A DNA stretch of 32,000 nucleotides from Candidatus Portiera aleyrodidarum (GCF_000953295.1 NZ_LN649255.1:60001-92000); one strand, 5' to 3'. Shown: positions 1 to 9,564, counted from the first letter of the stretch. Notes: generated by a model from the sequence alone, not told the origin. A program made the numbers and translations.

Positions 1-888
1 ATCATCTGCAATTATTAATGTATCTTCTTTAAGTTCAATATTTTTCCCAGTTAATAATTTTATCTTTTCGGTGTTTTTTGCCATACGAACTGTTAATTTA
101 CCCTTAAGATTATTTAAATCATAACAATTAATAGGTTGGCCAAGCTCTAACATAACATAATTAATAAGATCAACCATCAGGTCACTTGAAGCTATACCGT
201 TAAGATAAAGTCGTTCATATATCCACCATGGCGTTTGTGTATTAACATTAATAGATTCAATAACTCTAATCGAGACTTTTGGACAATATTTTGGTACTTC
301 AACCTTAATTGAATATGAAATTTTACTTGTAGTTTTTACTATATTGATAAAATGATTATCATTTAAATTAAGACGGTTGATTGCACAGAATTCTCTTGCT
401 ATACCTATTAGACTTAAACAATCACTACGATTAGGTAAACATTCTATATCAATTACATTTTTTAAATTCATTATATCAAATCCGATTGGAGCATCTTTAG
501 GAAATAATATAATATCGTTAACTTTACAAAAGTTTCCCCAAGATTCTATACCATAAAAATCTTTATTTATAATTTTTAAATTTTTAGGTAATAAACCCCC
601 AATTTTAGCGAAAGCTATTTTTTGACCAACCGTAACAGTTTTACTAGATATTATTTGCCAATATTGTTTACCATCATTTATAATACATAAATTAAATTTA
701 TCTGCATAATTAATAATTTTTTTTATACATGATATAACTACCCCAGTAACTTCTTTATTAACTAAATATGATGATTTTAATCCAATCATAGTTAGTTGTT
801 CTGCAATAATATTGGAATCATATTTTAATGAAACCCATTCACATTTTAATTCAAACCATTCACTTATCCAAGTTTTTGAAACTTTCAT
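1..888 (-). CDS. pheT: Phenylalanine--tRNA ligase beta subunit, 5' part (gene continues past the window start)
   Basis: The minus-strand ATG at 888..886 opens a frame that runs to position 1. It translates as MKVSKTWISEWF...DAPIGFDI...LPNRSDCLSLIGIAREF...MLELGQP, collinear with the E. coli PheT N-terminus (MKFSELWLREW...DAPIGTDI...TPNRADCLGIIGVARD). It lies directly downstream of pheS, as in the conserved pheST operon. Confidence 0.93.
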   Translation of the reverse strand, partial: MKVSKTWISEWFELKCEWVSLKYDSNIIAEQLTMIGLKSSYLVNKEVTGVVISCIKKIINYADKFNLCIINDGKQYWQIISSKTVTVGQKIAFAKIGGLLPKNLKIINKDFYGIESWGNFCKVNDIILFPKDAPIGFDIMNLKNVIDIECLPNRSDCLSLIGIAREFCAINRLNLNDNHFINIVKTTSKISYSIKVEVPKYCPKVSIRVIESINVNTQTPWWIYERLYLNGIASSDLMVDLINYVMLELGQPINCYDLNNLKGKLTVRMAKNTEKIKLLTGKNIELKEDTLIIADD

Positions 889-894
889 ATATAA

Positions 895-1893
895 TTAAAA
901 CTGGCGCAAAATCCTTATATCATTCTTAAATAATGTACGTAAATCTTTAACCCCATAACGAAGCATAGTTAATCTTTCAACTCCCATTCCAAAAGCAAAA
1001 CCAGAATACTTAGTATTAATTTTTAAACGTTTTAATATCTTAGGATGAATCATTCCACAACCGATAACTTCTAACCAATCTGAATAAGGTTTCATACGAA
1101 TATCGACTTCAGCAGAAGGTTCTGTAAAAGGAAAATATGAAGGCCTAAATCTTACTTCTATTTTTTGTCCTTCAAAAAAACAATTAATAAAAATCTCAAT
1201 AGTACCTTTTAGATCAGAAAAACTAACACACTCATCAACTAATAATCCTTCAACTTGGTGAAACATAGGGCTATGATTTATATCTGCATCACACCGATAA
1301 ACTTTACCTGCCCCAATAATACTTAATGGTGGATTTTTTTTTTCCATTATTCTTATTAATATAGAAGATGTATGACTTCTCAACATATAATTTTCGTTAA
1401 AATAAAAAGTATCATGCATTGCTCGAGCCGGGTGATTTCTAGGCATATTTAATGCTTCAAAATTATGAAAGTCATCTTCTATTTCTGGACCATCAACTAA
1501 TTTATAACCAAGATTAAAAAATAAGTTTTTTATTCTATATAAAGTACGTGTAATAGGATGGAAGTTTCCTATATTTTGACCTCCTCTGCCTGGCAAAGTC
1601 ACATCAATTTTTTCTTTTGCTAATTTCTTCTTTATTCTTTCTTTTTGTAATAAATTCTTATGAAAATTAAACTTTTTATATAAATTTTTTTTAGTTTTAT
1701 TAATTGCTTCTCCAATAATCGGTTTATCATATGATTTTAATTTACTAATATTTTTTAATTGTAATGTTAATTTACCTTTATTACCAAAATATTGTAAACG
1801 AATTTCATTAAGCTTATTAATATTATTAGTTGTATTAATTTTTATATTTGCTTCTTCTACTAATTTAATAATCTTCCTGATCTCATACGACAT
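895..1893 (-). CDS. pheS: Phenylalanine--tRNA ligase alpha subunit
   Basis: A 332-aa ORF with class II aaRS PheS motifs (HPITRT, MPRNHPARAMHDTFYF, FRPSYFPFTEPSAE, GMGVERL). It sits in conserved rplT-pheS-pheT order. Confidence 0.97.
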   Translation of the reverse strand: MSYEIRKIIKLVEEANIKINTTNNINKLNEIRLQYFGNKGKLTLQLKNISKLKSYDKPIIGEAINKTKKNLYKKFNFHKNLLQKERIKKKLAKEKIDVTLPGRGGQNIGNFHPITRTLYRIKNLFFNLGYKLVDGPEIEDDFHNFEALNMPRNHPARAMHDTFYFNENYMLRSHTSSILIRIMEKKNPPLSIIGAGKVYRCDADINHSPMFHQVEGLLVDECVSFSDLKGTIEIFINCFFEGQKIEVRFRPSYFPFTEPSAEVDIRMKPYSDWLEVIGCGMIHPKILKRLKINTKYSGFAFGMGVERLTMLRYGVKDLRTLFKNDIRILRQF

Positions 1894-1896
1894 TTT

Positions 1897-2253
1897 TCAT
1901 TCCATATTATTTTTAACAGTTTGAATTATATTATAAAAATAATTTTTTTTTCTAATAGCAAACTCTGCAATTATTTTTCGATCAATATTAATCTTATATT
2001 TTTTTATTAAATAAATAAATTTACTATAATTAAGACCATAACTTCTTGCTGCGGCATTTATCCGCATAATCCATAAACTTCTTAATTGCCGTTTGCGTTG
2101 ACGCCTATCTCTATATGCATACTGTTTTGCCCTTATTACAGCTTGTTTAGCAACACGGTAGACTCTTGATCTAGATCCATAATAACCTTTCGCCTGTTTA
2201 ATAATTTTTTTATGACGTTTGTGGGCCAAGACACCACGTTTTACACGGGACAT
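1897..2253 (-). CDS. rplT: 50S ribosomal protein L20
   Basis: A 118-aa ORF starting [26 protein letters not shown]..., matching the L20 N-terminus. Conserved infC-rpmI-rplT order. Confidence 0.97.
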   Translation of the reverse strand: MSRVKRGVLAHKRHKKIIKQAKGYYGSRSRVYRVAKQAVIRAKQYAYRDRRQRKRQLRSLWIMRINAAARSYGLNYSKFIYLIKKYKINIDRKIIAEFAIRKKNYFYNIIQTVKNNME

Positions 2254-2275
2254 TTTTTAATTTTCTCCAACTTAT

Positions 2276-2467
2276 TTATACTGGTAACAATCTTTTTATT
2301 GTTTTAATATTATACTTATTAACTAGACTTAGTTTACGAAGTTTACGTTTTCGTTTTGATGATTTTTTTGTTAATATATGATTTCTAAAAGAATGACGAT
2401 ATTTAAACTTATTAAAAGTTTTACGGAACCGTTTAGAAGCCCCACTATTATTTTTTAATTTAAACAT
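2276..2467 (-). CDS. rpmI: 50S ribosomal protein L35
   Basis: A 63-aa basic ORF (..[10 protein letters not shown]...[15 protein letters not shown]) resembling E. coli L35 (..GAAKRFKKT...HILTKKATKRKRHLR). It lies between infC and rplT. Confidence 0.95.
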   Translation of the reverse strand: MFKLKNNSGASKRFRKTFNKFKYRHSFRNHILTKKSSKRKRKLRKLSLVNKYNIKTIKRLLPV

Positions 2468-2475
2468 AATAAAAA

Positions 2476-3033
2476 CTAATTATTTTTTTTATATTTTTTT
2501 TTTGGTGTAAGCATCATTATAATTTGTTTACCTTCCAGTTTAGGTTTAGATTCTACTATAATTAAATCTTTTAAATCTATTAAAATACGTTCCATTAATT
2601 TTATTCCTAACTCTTTATGAGCTATTTCTCGTCCTCTAAAACGTAATGTAACTTTACTACGATCTCCATCTTCTATAAAACGTATTAAACTTTTGAGCTT
2701 TACTTGATAATCACTTTCATCAGTAACAGGTCTAAATTTTACTTCTTTAACCTGAATTTGTTTTTGTTTTTTCTTTTGTGCAGATCTTTGTTTTTTTTGT
2801 TCAAATCTAAATTTACCATAATCCATAATCTTACATACTATTGTTTCAGTATTTTTATAAAGTTGTACTAAATCTAAACCATATTCTTCAGCTTTATTTA
2901 TAGCTTCATTAATAGATACTATGCCTAATTGTTCCCCTTTTTTACCAATTAAACGAACTTTATTAGCCCGTATTTCTTTGTTTATCGGGGCTAATTTTTC
3001 TTTTCCTTGCCCCCGTTGATTAATTTTATTTAT
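2476..3033 (-). CDS. infC: Translation initiation factor IF-3, with a non-canonical (ATA or ATT) start
   Basis: The track ORF (2476..2826) begins at an internal Met, inside the ...CKIMDYGKF motif. The same frame stays open upstream to a TGA at 3060..3058. That extension encodes the IF-3 N-domain (...[42 protein letters not shown]...). It has no ATG, GTG or TTG. Candidate starts are ATA 3033..3031, which lies 8 nt downstream of GGAG at 3045..3042, or ATT 3024..3022. The exact start is uncertain. Confidence 0.9.
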   Translation of the reverse strand: MNKINQRGQGKEKLAPINKEIRANKVRLIGKKGEQLGIVSINEAINKAEEYGLDLVQLYKNTETIVCKIMDYGKFRFEQKKQRSAQKKKQKQIQVKEVKFRPVTDESDYQVKLKSLIRFIEDGDRSKVTLRFRGREIAHKELGIKLMERILIDLKDLIIVESKPKLEGKQIIMMLTPKKKYKKNN

Positions 3034-3078
3034 TTTTACTTCTCCATATATAATTATTCAACATTACGTGTTATACTC

Positions 3079-3166
3079 ATTACCACAAGTATAATTAAAT
3101 CTGATATAAGTTGTAAAGTATGTTTTACACTTTATAATCACTTACCGTTGGTTTGCTTGTGGTAAT
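3079..3166. repeat. Perfect 11-bp inverted repeat (ATTACCACAAG / CTTGTGGTAAT) enclosing a small hairpin, in the infC-proS divergent intergenic region
   Basis: ATTACCACAAG at 3079..3089 and its exact reverse complement at 3156..3166. An inner TGTAAA-gtatgt-TTTACA hairpin lies at 3112..3129. The arms are G/C-richer than the surrounding intergenic DNA. Confidence 0.6.
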
Positions 3167-3195
3167 ATTAAATTTATGTAAAATGGATACATTAT

Positions 3196-4863
3196 ATGCG
3201 AGCTAGTAAATTATTGATTTTAACATTAAAAGAAATCCCATCAAAAGCTGAAATTATAAGTCATAAATTAATGTTACGGGCTGGTATGATTAGACGGTTA
3301 GTTTCTGGAATTTATACTTGGTTACCTATTGGAATTAGAGTTTTAAAAAAATTTAAAAATATAATACGTCATGAAATGGAATTAATTGGAGCTAATGAAG
3401 TACTTATGTCATCAATACAACCTCTAGAATTATGGAAAGAATCTAAACGTTATGATAATTATGGTCCAGAATTATTAAAATTTAAAGATCGTAATAAAAG
3501 AGAATTATGTTTTGGTCCAACTAATGAAGAAGTTATTACGGATTTTATACGTCGTGAAATTCATTCGTATAAGCAATTACCATTAATATTATATCAAATT
3601 CAAACTAAATTTCGTGATGAAATTAGACCTAGGTTTGGTTTAATCAGGGCACGTGAATTCATTATGAAAGATGCTTATTCTTTTCATATTAATAATAAAT
3701 GTTTAGATAATACATATAAAAATATGTATAATGCCTACAATCGAATTTTTAAACGTTGTAATGTTGATTACCGCTCAGTTAACGCAGAAAATGGTACAAT
3801 AGGTGGGTTTTGTTCACATGAAATTCATATTTTAGCTACTTCAGGAGAAGATAAGTTAGTTTTATCTAATAAATCTAAGTATGCTGCAAATCTTGAAATT
3901 GCTGAAGCGTTATTAAAAAATAAAAAAAATTATATAAAAAAATCATCATTAAAATTAATTGAGATAAAAAAAAATAAAAAAGAAATAAAAAAAAAGATTA
4001 AAATCTTAATTTTAATTGGTAAAAAAAATAATTTAATAGCTTTAATATTACGTAATGATCATGAAATAAATAAATTTAAAGTTGAGAACCAATTAGAAGT
4101 TGCTAAACCTTTAACTATATTAAATAATGAAGAAATTTTAATAAAAATAGGAGAAAACATAAAATTTATAGGACCTCTCGGACTAAATATACCTATTCTA
4201 GTTGATAAAAGTGTTGCTTTTATGTGTGATTTTAGTGCAGGTGCAAATCAAAATAAGAAATTATATGTTGGTCTAAATTGGGATCGTGATTTACCATTAC
4301 CAAAAATTGTTGATATTAGAAATGTTGTACATGGAGAGTCATCCCCTGATGGTTTTGGTAAATTAATAATAAAACGTAGTATTGAAGTTGGACATATTTT
4401 TAAATTAGGTACAAAATATTCTAAACTAATGGATGCATTAGCTATGAATTCAATAGGTAAAAAAAACCCATTATTGATGGGTTGCTTTGGTATTGGATTA
4501 ACAAGAATAATAGCTGCTACAATTGAACAGAATCATGATGAAGATGGTATTATTTGGCCAGCTAATCTAGCACCTTTTGAAGTTGTATTAATTCCAATTA
4601 ATTCACATAAATCTAAAAAAGTAATTGAATTATCAGAAAAACTTTATAAAACTTTTATCAAAGCTAATATTGATGTATTATTAGATGATAGAGAAATTAG
4701 ATTAGGACAGAAACTTACAGAATGGGAAATTATTGGGATTCCTCATCGGATTTTTATAAGTGATCGTAATAAAAAAAAAATAGAATATAATAATCGTAAA
4801 AATAAAAAATCTATTTTTATGAATCCAGATGAATTAATAAAATATTTAAATTCAAAAAAGTAA
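3196..4863 (+). CDS. proS: Proline--tRNA ligase (bacterial type, with INS editing-domain region)
   Basis: A 555-aa ORF. MRASKLLILTLKEIPSKAEIISHKLMLRAGMIRRLVSGIYTWLP is collinear with the E. coli ProS N-terminus. The C-terminal half is also conserved (GANQNKKLYVGLNWDRD, IEVGHIFKLGTKYS, MGCFGIGLTRIIAA). Confidence 0.97.
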   Translation: MRASKLLILTLKEIPSKAEIISHKLMLRAGMIRRLVSGIYTWLPIGIRVLKKFKNIIRHEMELIGANEVLMSSIQPLELWKESKRYDNYGPELLKFKDRNKRELCFGPTNEEVITDFIRREIHSYKQLPLILYQIQTKFRDEIRPRFGLIRAREFIMKDAYSFHINNKCLDNTYKNMYNAYNRIFKRCNVDYRSVNAENGTIGGFCSHEIHILATSGEDKLVLSNKSKYAANLEIAEALLKNKKNYIKKSSLKLIEIKKNKKEIKKKIKILILIGKKNNLIALILRNDHEINKFKVENQLEVAKPLTILNNEEILIKIGENIKFIGPLGLNIPILVDKSVAFMCDFSAGANQNKKLYVGLNWDRDLPLPKIVDIRNVVHGESSPDGFGKLIIKRSIEVGHIFKLGTKYSKLMDALAMNSIGKKNPLLMGCFGIGLTRIIAATIEQNHDEDGIIWPANLAPFEVVLIPINSHKSKKVIELSEKLYKTFIKANIDVLLDDREIRLGQKLTEWEIIGIPHRIFISDRNKKKIEYNNRKNKKSIFMNPDELIKYLNSKK

Positions 4864-4874
4864 AATATATTTTT

Positions 4875-5687
4875 TTATTTTACTTTAACCCAAACTTTCA
4901 ACATAATTTTTTTATTAAAAATCTTTTCTATTGCAACTCGTGATTCAATACAAATTTTTTTAATTATTCCTAATATAATATTTTTTTGACTATTACGTTT
5001 AACAATTATTAATGCATATATATGAATAATTTTTAATGTATTAATTATTTTTTCTAATTTAACATTTATAAAATAAGGAATTTCAGAATGTAATTTATTT
5101 ATTATTTTTTCTCTAATTAATTCAGCTATTAAAAAACTTTTATTTTGATCTGTTTTCTGATAAGCTGGAAAACAATGATTGTTATTAGGTAAATGAGATA
5201 TTATTAAAGATTCAAGTTCTTTAATACCTATACCTAATTTTGCAGATATAGGTATTATTTCAGAACATTTTATTTTTTCATATAATGTTTTAACCCATGG
5301 TAATAAACTTTGTTTATTTTTTATCCAATCAATTTTATTAATTACAATAATAATTGATATATTAATTTTTTTAATATGTTGAAATAATAATTGTTCTTCT
5401 ATATTCCAAGACATACGATCAATAACAAATATTACGCAATCTGCAATCTTAATAGCATTTATCCATATTTGATTATTTTTTTTATAATCTTTTTTTATTA
5501 CACCTGGAGTATCTAAATAAATAGTTTGGATTGTACCTGTTGTTTTTATTCCTATTATTTGTTTACGAGTAGTTAATCTATGCCGTGAAGTAATAGAAAT
5601 TTTATGGCCTAAAATTCTATTAAGCAAAGTAGATTTCCCTACATTAGAACTTCCTACTAAAGTTACTAAACCACAAATGTTATTCAT
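4875..5687 (-). CDS. era: GTPase Era
   Basis: A 270-aa ORF with G1 GSSNVGKST, ITSRHRLTTR and G3 DTPG motifs. It lies downstream of rnc and overlaps it by 8 bp (ATGAATAA). Confidence 0.95.
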   Translation of the reverse strand: MNNICGLVTLVGSSNVGKSTLLNRILGHKISITSRHRLTTRKQIIGIKTTGTIQTIYLDTPGVIKKDYKKNNQIWINAIKIADCVIFVIDRMSWNIEEQLLFQHIKKINISIIIVINKIDWIKNKQSLLPWVKTLYEKIKCSEIIPISAKLGIGIKELESLIISHLPNNNHCFPAYQKTDQNKSFLIAELIREKIINKLHSEIPYFINVKLEKIINTLKIIHIYALIIVKRNSQKNIILGIIKKICIESRVAIEKIFNKKIMLKVWVKVK

Positions 5688-6339
5688 TTAATATCTTTAA
5701 TAAACTATTTGCTGATTTTTGTTCAGCATTACGTCTATTATAACCAATCCCAGTAGTTATATATTTTTCTACGCAACATTTTACTAGAAAATTTTGTTCA
5801 TTTTTTCCATTTAATATATATATTATTTCATAAATTGGTAATTTAATCTGTCTATATTGTAAATATTCTTGTAATTTAGTTTTAGGATCTTTAATAAAAT
5901 TTGAACTTTTTATTTTTTTTAAACGGTTACGAAATAAACTTAATACAACTTTTTTAGTTGGATTAACACCTCCATCTAAATAAATAGCACCAATCAGTGC
6001 TTCCATAGTATCGGCTAATATAGATTCATTATTTTGTAATTTTATTTTTTTTAATCCAAAATTTATATATTTTCCTAACTTTAATTCATTAGATAATTTA
6101 GCTAGAGTTTTACTTTGTACTAAATCAGCACGTACTTTTGATAAGAATCCTTCTCTAAATTCAGGAAAATTAATTAATAAAGCTTCTCCTATAATAAAAG
6201 TGATTAGAGAATCACCTAAAAATTCCATTCTTTCATTATTATAATAATAACTAATACTACGGTGATTCAACGCTAATTTTAAATTATTTTTATTTTTAAA
6301 TTTATAACCTATTACGTTTTCTAGAAAGGTAGTCTTCAT
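5680..6339 (-). CDS. rnc: Ribonuclease III
   Basis: A 219-aa ORF with the RNase III signature ERMEFLGDS and a C-terminal dsRBD-like region. Conserved rnc-era pairing. Confidence 0.96.
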   Translation of the reverse strand: MKTTFLENVIGYKFKNKNNLKLALNHRSISYYYNNERMEFLGDSLITFIIGEALLINFPEFREGFLSKVRADLVQSKTLAKLSNELKLGKYINFGLKKIKLQNNESILADTMEALIGAIYLDGGVNPTKKVVLSLFRNRLKKIKSSNFIKDPKTKLQEYLQYRQIKLPIYEIIYILNGKNEQNFLVKCCVEKYITTGIGYNRRNAEQKSANSLLKILNE

Positions 6340-6418
6340 AATTTGTAAAGGTTCAAAAATAAATGAATTTGTAAAATTAACTAATAAAAAAACAGGAAAT
6401 AAAGATCTAGAATATGAA

Positions 6419-8221
6419 TTAAAATATATTTTTTTTTAATAAAGACAATAATATTTTTTTATTACTTTCTATACTTACACTTTTTTTCATACGTTTTTTA
6501 CCTTCTTTTTGTTTTTCAAGTAATTTTTTTTTACGAGTAATATCACCTCCATAACATTTTGCAGTAACATTTTTTCTTAGTGCTTTTATTATTGATTTTG
6601 CTATTATTTTATTACCAATAACTGCGTTGATGTTAATATTAACTAATTGTTTAGATAATAATCTTTTTATTTTTTCTATAAACTTTTTACCTTGTTTATA
6701 TGCTTGATCAAAAGGAACAATCCTAGTAAAAGCTGAAATACGATTATTATTTATTAATATATCTAAACGAACTAATTTATATTTTTTAAACCGATAAAAT
6801 TCATAATCTAATGATGCATAACCTTTAGAAACTGATTTTAGCCTATTAAAAAAATTTTTTATTACTTCAGCCATAGGTAATTCGTAAATTAATTTAATAT
6901 AATTTTTAATTAAAATCATATCAATTTGTGTTCCCCTAAATTTAATACATTCTTTAATAACTTTACCTACATATTCTTTAGGTACTAAAATTCTAGCAAG
7001 TACTAAAGGTTCATATATCAATTTATAATTTTCTGGAATTTTAGATGGATCAGAAATATATTTGATTTTCCCATTTTTTAATTTAATTTTATATTCAACA
7101 GTTGGTAAAGTTATTATTAATTTTATACCATATTCACGTTCTATACGTTCCTTGACTATTTCTAAATGCAACTTTCCAAGAAAACCAATACGAAAACCAC
7201 AACCATAAATCTTAGAATTTTCTGGTATATAATTTAAAGAATCATCATTTAGTGCTAATTTTTCTATAGCGGTTCTAAAATGTTTATGATCTTTTATATT
7301 TGCTGGATATACGCCTGCAAAAATTTTTGAATTAATTTTTTTAAAACCTGATATTAAAGGGACATTCTTAGTATTTGCATGTGTAATTGTGTCGCCAACT
7401 GGTGCTCCATTAATATCTTTTATCCCAGCAACGATAAAACCAACTTCTCCTGCACTTAATTTACAAGTTAAATAACGCTTTGGGCTAAAAAAACCTAATG
7501 TGTTAATATCCCAAATACGTCCTGTAGATTTAATAATAATTTTATCACCTTTTTTTATAGTTCCATCAAAAATTCTAATTAAAGATATTACACCAAGATA
7601 ATTTGTAAACCAAGAATCAATAATTAAAGCTCTTAACGGTTTATATGGATTACCTTTTGGGCATGGAATATATTTTATTAATTTTTCTAATAAAATATTA
7701 ATACCTAAACCAACTTTAGATGATATACAACAAACCTTACTAGATTTAATAGTAAATATTTTTTCAATGTTTTCAATTGTATATTTAGGATAAGATTGAG
7801 GTAAATCTATTTTATTTACAACTGGAATAATTTTTAAGCCACGTTTTACCGCTGTATAATAATTAGTTAAAGATTGAGATTCTATACCTTGTGATGCATC
7901 AATAATTAATAAAGCACCTTCACATGCATATAAAGATCTTTCAACTTCATAAGTAAAATCAACATGTCCAGGTGTGTCAATTACATTAAATCTATATTTT
8001 TTTCCTTTTTTACTTTTATATAATAATGTTACTGCTTGTGATTTAATTGTTATCCCACGTTCACGCTCTATATCCATAGAATCTAAAATTTGATCTTTAA
8101 AATTTCTTTGGTATAATAAACCACCACAAAGTTGAATAACTCTATCAGCTAAAGTAGATTTTCCATGATTAATATGTGCAATAATTGAAAAATTACGAAT
8201 ATATTTTGGTGTTTTAAACAT
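6419..8221 (-). CDS. lepA: Elongation factor 4 (LepA)
   Basis: A 600-aa ORF starting IRNFSIIAHINHGKSTLADR, with DTPGHVDF and NKID GTPase motifs. Full-length collinearity with LepA. Confidence 0.97.
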   Translation of the reverse strand: MFKTPKYIRNFSIIAHINHGKSTLADRVIQLCGGLLYQRNFKDQILDSMDIERERGITIKSQAVTLLYKSKKGKKYRFNVIDTPGHVDFTYEVERSLYACEGALLIIDASQGIESQSLTNYYTAVKRGLKIIPVVNKIDLPQSYPKYTIENIEKIFTIKSSKVCCISSKVGLGINILLEKLIKYIPCPKGNPYKPLRALIIDSWFTNYLGVISLIRIFDGTIKKGDKIIIKSTGRIWDINTLGFFSPKRYLTCKLSAGEVGFIVAGIKDINGAPVGDTITHANTKNVPLISGFKKINSKIFAGVYPANIKDHKHFRTAIEKLALNDDSLNYIPENSKIYGCGFRIGFLGKLHLEIVKERIEREYGIKLIITLPTVEYKIKLKNGKIKYISDPSKIPENYKLIYEPLVLARILVPKEYVGKVIKECIKFRGTQIDMILIKNYIKLIYELPMAEVIKNFFNRLKSVSKGYASLDYEFYRFKKYKLVRLDILINNNRISAFTRIVPFDQAYKQGKKFIEKIKRLLSKQLVNININAVIGNKIIAKSIIKALRKNVTAKCYGGDITRKKKLLEKQKEGKKRMKKSVSIESNKKILLSLLKKNIF

Positions 8222-8229
8222 AATAAAAA

Positions 8230-9444
8230 CTAATTATTTTTTTTAAATTTTTTTATTGTTTTATATAATCTTTTCATACCTTCTTCAATTTCTTCATTAG
8301 AAATTATTAAAGAAGGAGCTAACCTTAATATATTCTTCCCTGCATTTAATAACATTAACCCATTTTCAAAAGCTAGTTTTAAAATCTCTCTACCTTTGTT
8401 TAGGTAATTTTTATTTAATTCTATACCAATAAGCAAACCAAGCCCTCGTATTTCTTTAAATATATCAAATTCTAAATTAATTCTTTTAATATGATTTTTA
8501 AATAAATAATGTTTTTTAACAACTCCACTTAATACCGAACTAGAAGAAATTATATCAAATGCAGTATTACCTACAGCACAAGCTAATGGATTCCCACCAT
8601 ATGTTGAGCCATGTGTACCTAAACTAAATACTTTCCCTACTTTATCAGTAGTCAGCATCGCTGCCAAAGGAAAACCACAACCTAAAGATTTTGCTAAAGT
8701 AATAATATCTGGTCTAATATTATAGTGCATATAACTAAATAGTTTACCTATACGTCCCATTCCACATTGGACTTCATCAAATATAAGTAATGCGTTATAT
8801 TTATCACATAAATAACGTAATTCTTCTAAAAAATAATATTCTGCTACGTTTATACCACCTTCACCTTGTATTGGTTCTATAATAACAGCACTTGTATAAG
8901 TATTGATTAATTTACGAATACTATTTAAGTTATTAAATTCAGCGTGTCTTATCCCTAAAGGAGCAGGTCCAAAACCTTTAGAATATTTTTTTTTTCCTCC
9001 TACATTTACAGTAAAAAAGGTACGACCATGAAAAGCTTTTTTAAAAGAAATAATTATATTTTTTTGGGAACCAAAAAATTCATAAGAATAACGTCTAGCT
9101 AATTTTAATGCAGCTTCATTAGCTTCTGCCCCACTAGAACAAAAGAAAACCTTATCAGCGAAAGTTTTTTTTACTAATTTTTTTGCTAAACATAAAGCAG
9201 GTTCATTAGTATAAAGATTAGATAAATGCCATATTTTATCAGCTTGTTCTTTTAATGCTGAAATTAGTGCTGGATTACTATATCCTAACGCATTAACTGC
9301 TATTCCACCTGCAAAATCAATATATTCACTACCATCTTGAACCCAGATTTTACTACCCTGCCCCTTAACTGGAATTTTATTTTGAGGTGAATAAACTGGT
9401 AGTATATAATTATAAAAATCTTTTATATTTGGAATAATATTCAT
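8230..9444 (-). CDS. argD: Acetylornithine / succinyldiaminopimelate aminotransferase (class III PLP aminotransferase)
   Basis: A 404-aa ORF. PVKGQGSKIWVQDGSEYIDFAGGIAVNALG, SGAEANEAALKLAR and DEVQCGMGRIGKLF are collinear with E. coli ArgD. Confidence 0.9.
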   Translation of the reverse strand: MNIIPNIKDFYNYILPVYSPQNKIPVKGQGSKIWVQDGSEYIDFAGGIAVNALGYSNPALISALKEQADKIWHLSNLYTNEPALCLAKKLVKKTFADKVFFCSSGAEANEAALKLARRYSYEFFGSQKNIIISFKKAFHGRTFFTVNVGGKKKYSKGFGPAPLGIRHAEFNNLNSIRKLINTYTSAVIIEPIQGEGGINVAEYYFLEELRYLCDKYNALLIFDEVQCGMGRIGKLFSYMHYNIRPDIITLAKSLGCGFPLAAMLTTDKVGKVFSLGTHGSTYGGNPLACAVGNTAFDIISSSSVLSGVVKKHYLFKNHIKRINLEFDIFKEIRGLGLLIGIELNKNYLNKGREILKLAFENGLMLLNAGKNILRLAPSLIISNEEIEEGMKRLYKTIKKFKKNN

Positions 9445-9507
9445 AGTTTTCTATTTAATTATTTTTTTATTATTTTATGTTATATTTTAACATATGTTTA
9501 TTAAAAT

Positions 9508-9564
9508 CAATAACTAACAATATCTAACAATAACTAATATCTAACAATAACTAATATTGATAAC
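9508..9564. repeat. Intergenic direct repeat: a 17-bp unit TATCTAACAATAACTAA, two perfect copies plus partial flanking copies
   Basis: Perfect copies at 9521..9537 and 9538..9554. A partial copy CAATAACTAA lies at 9508..9517, and a degenerate copy follows from 9555. The repeat lies between divergently oriented argD and valS. Confidence 0.8.

Noticed and set aside
6340-6375. The direct repeat AATTTGTAAA at 6340..6349 and 6366..6375 in the lepA-rnc spacer, as a possible lepB remnant or regulatory element
   Set aside because: A 10-bp AT-rich word repeated once in AT-rich DNA is weak evidence. No frame of the 79-nt spacer resembles signal peptidase I.
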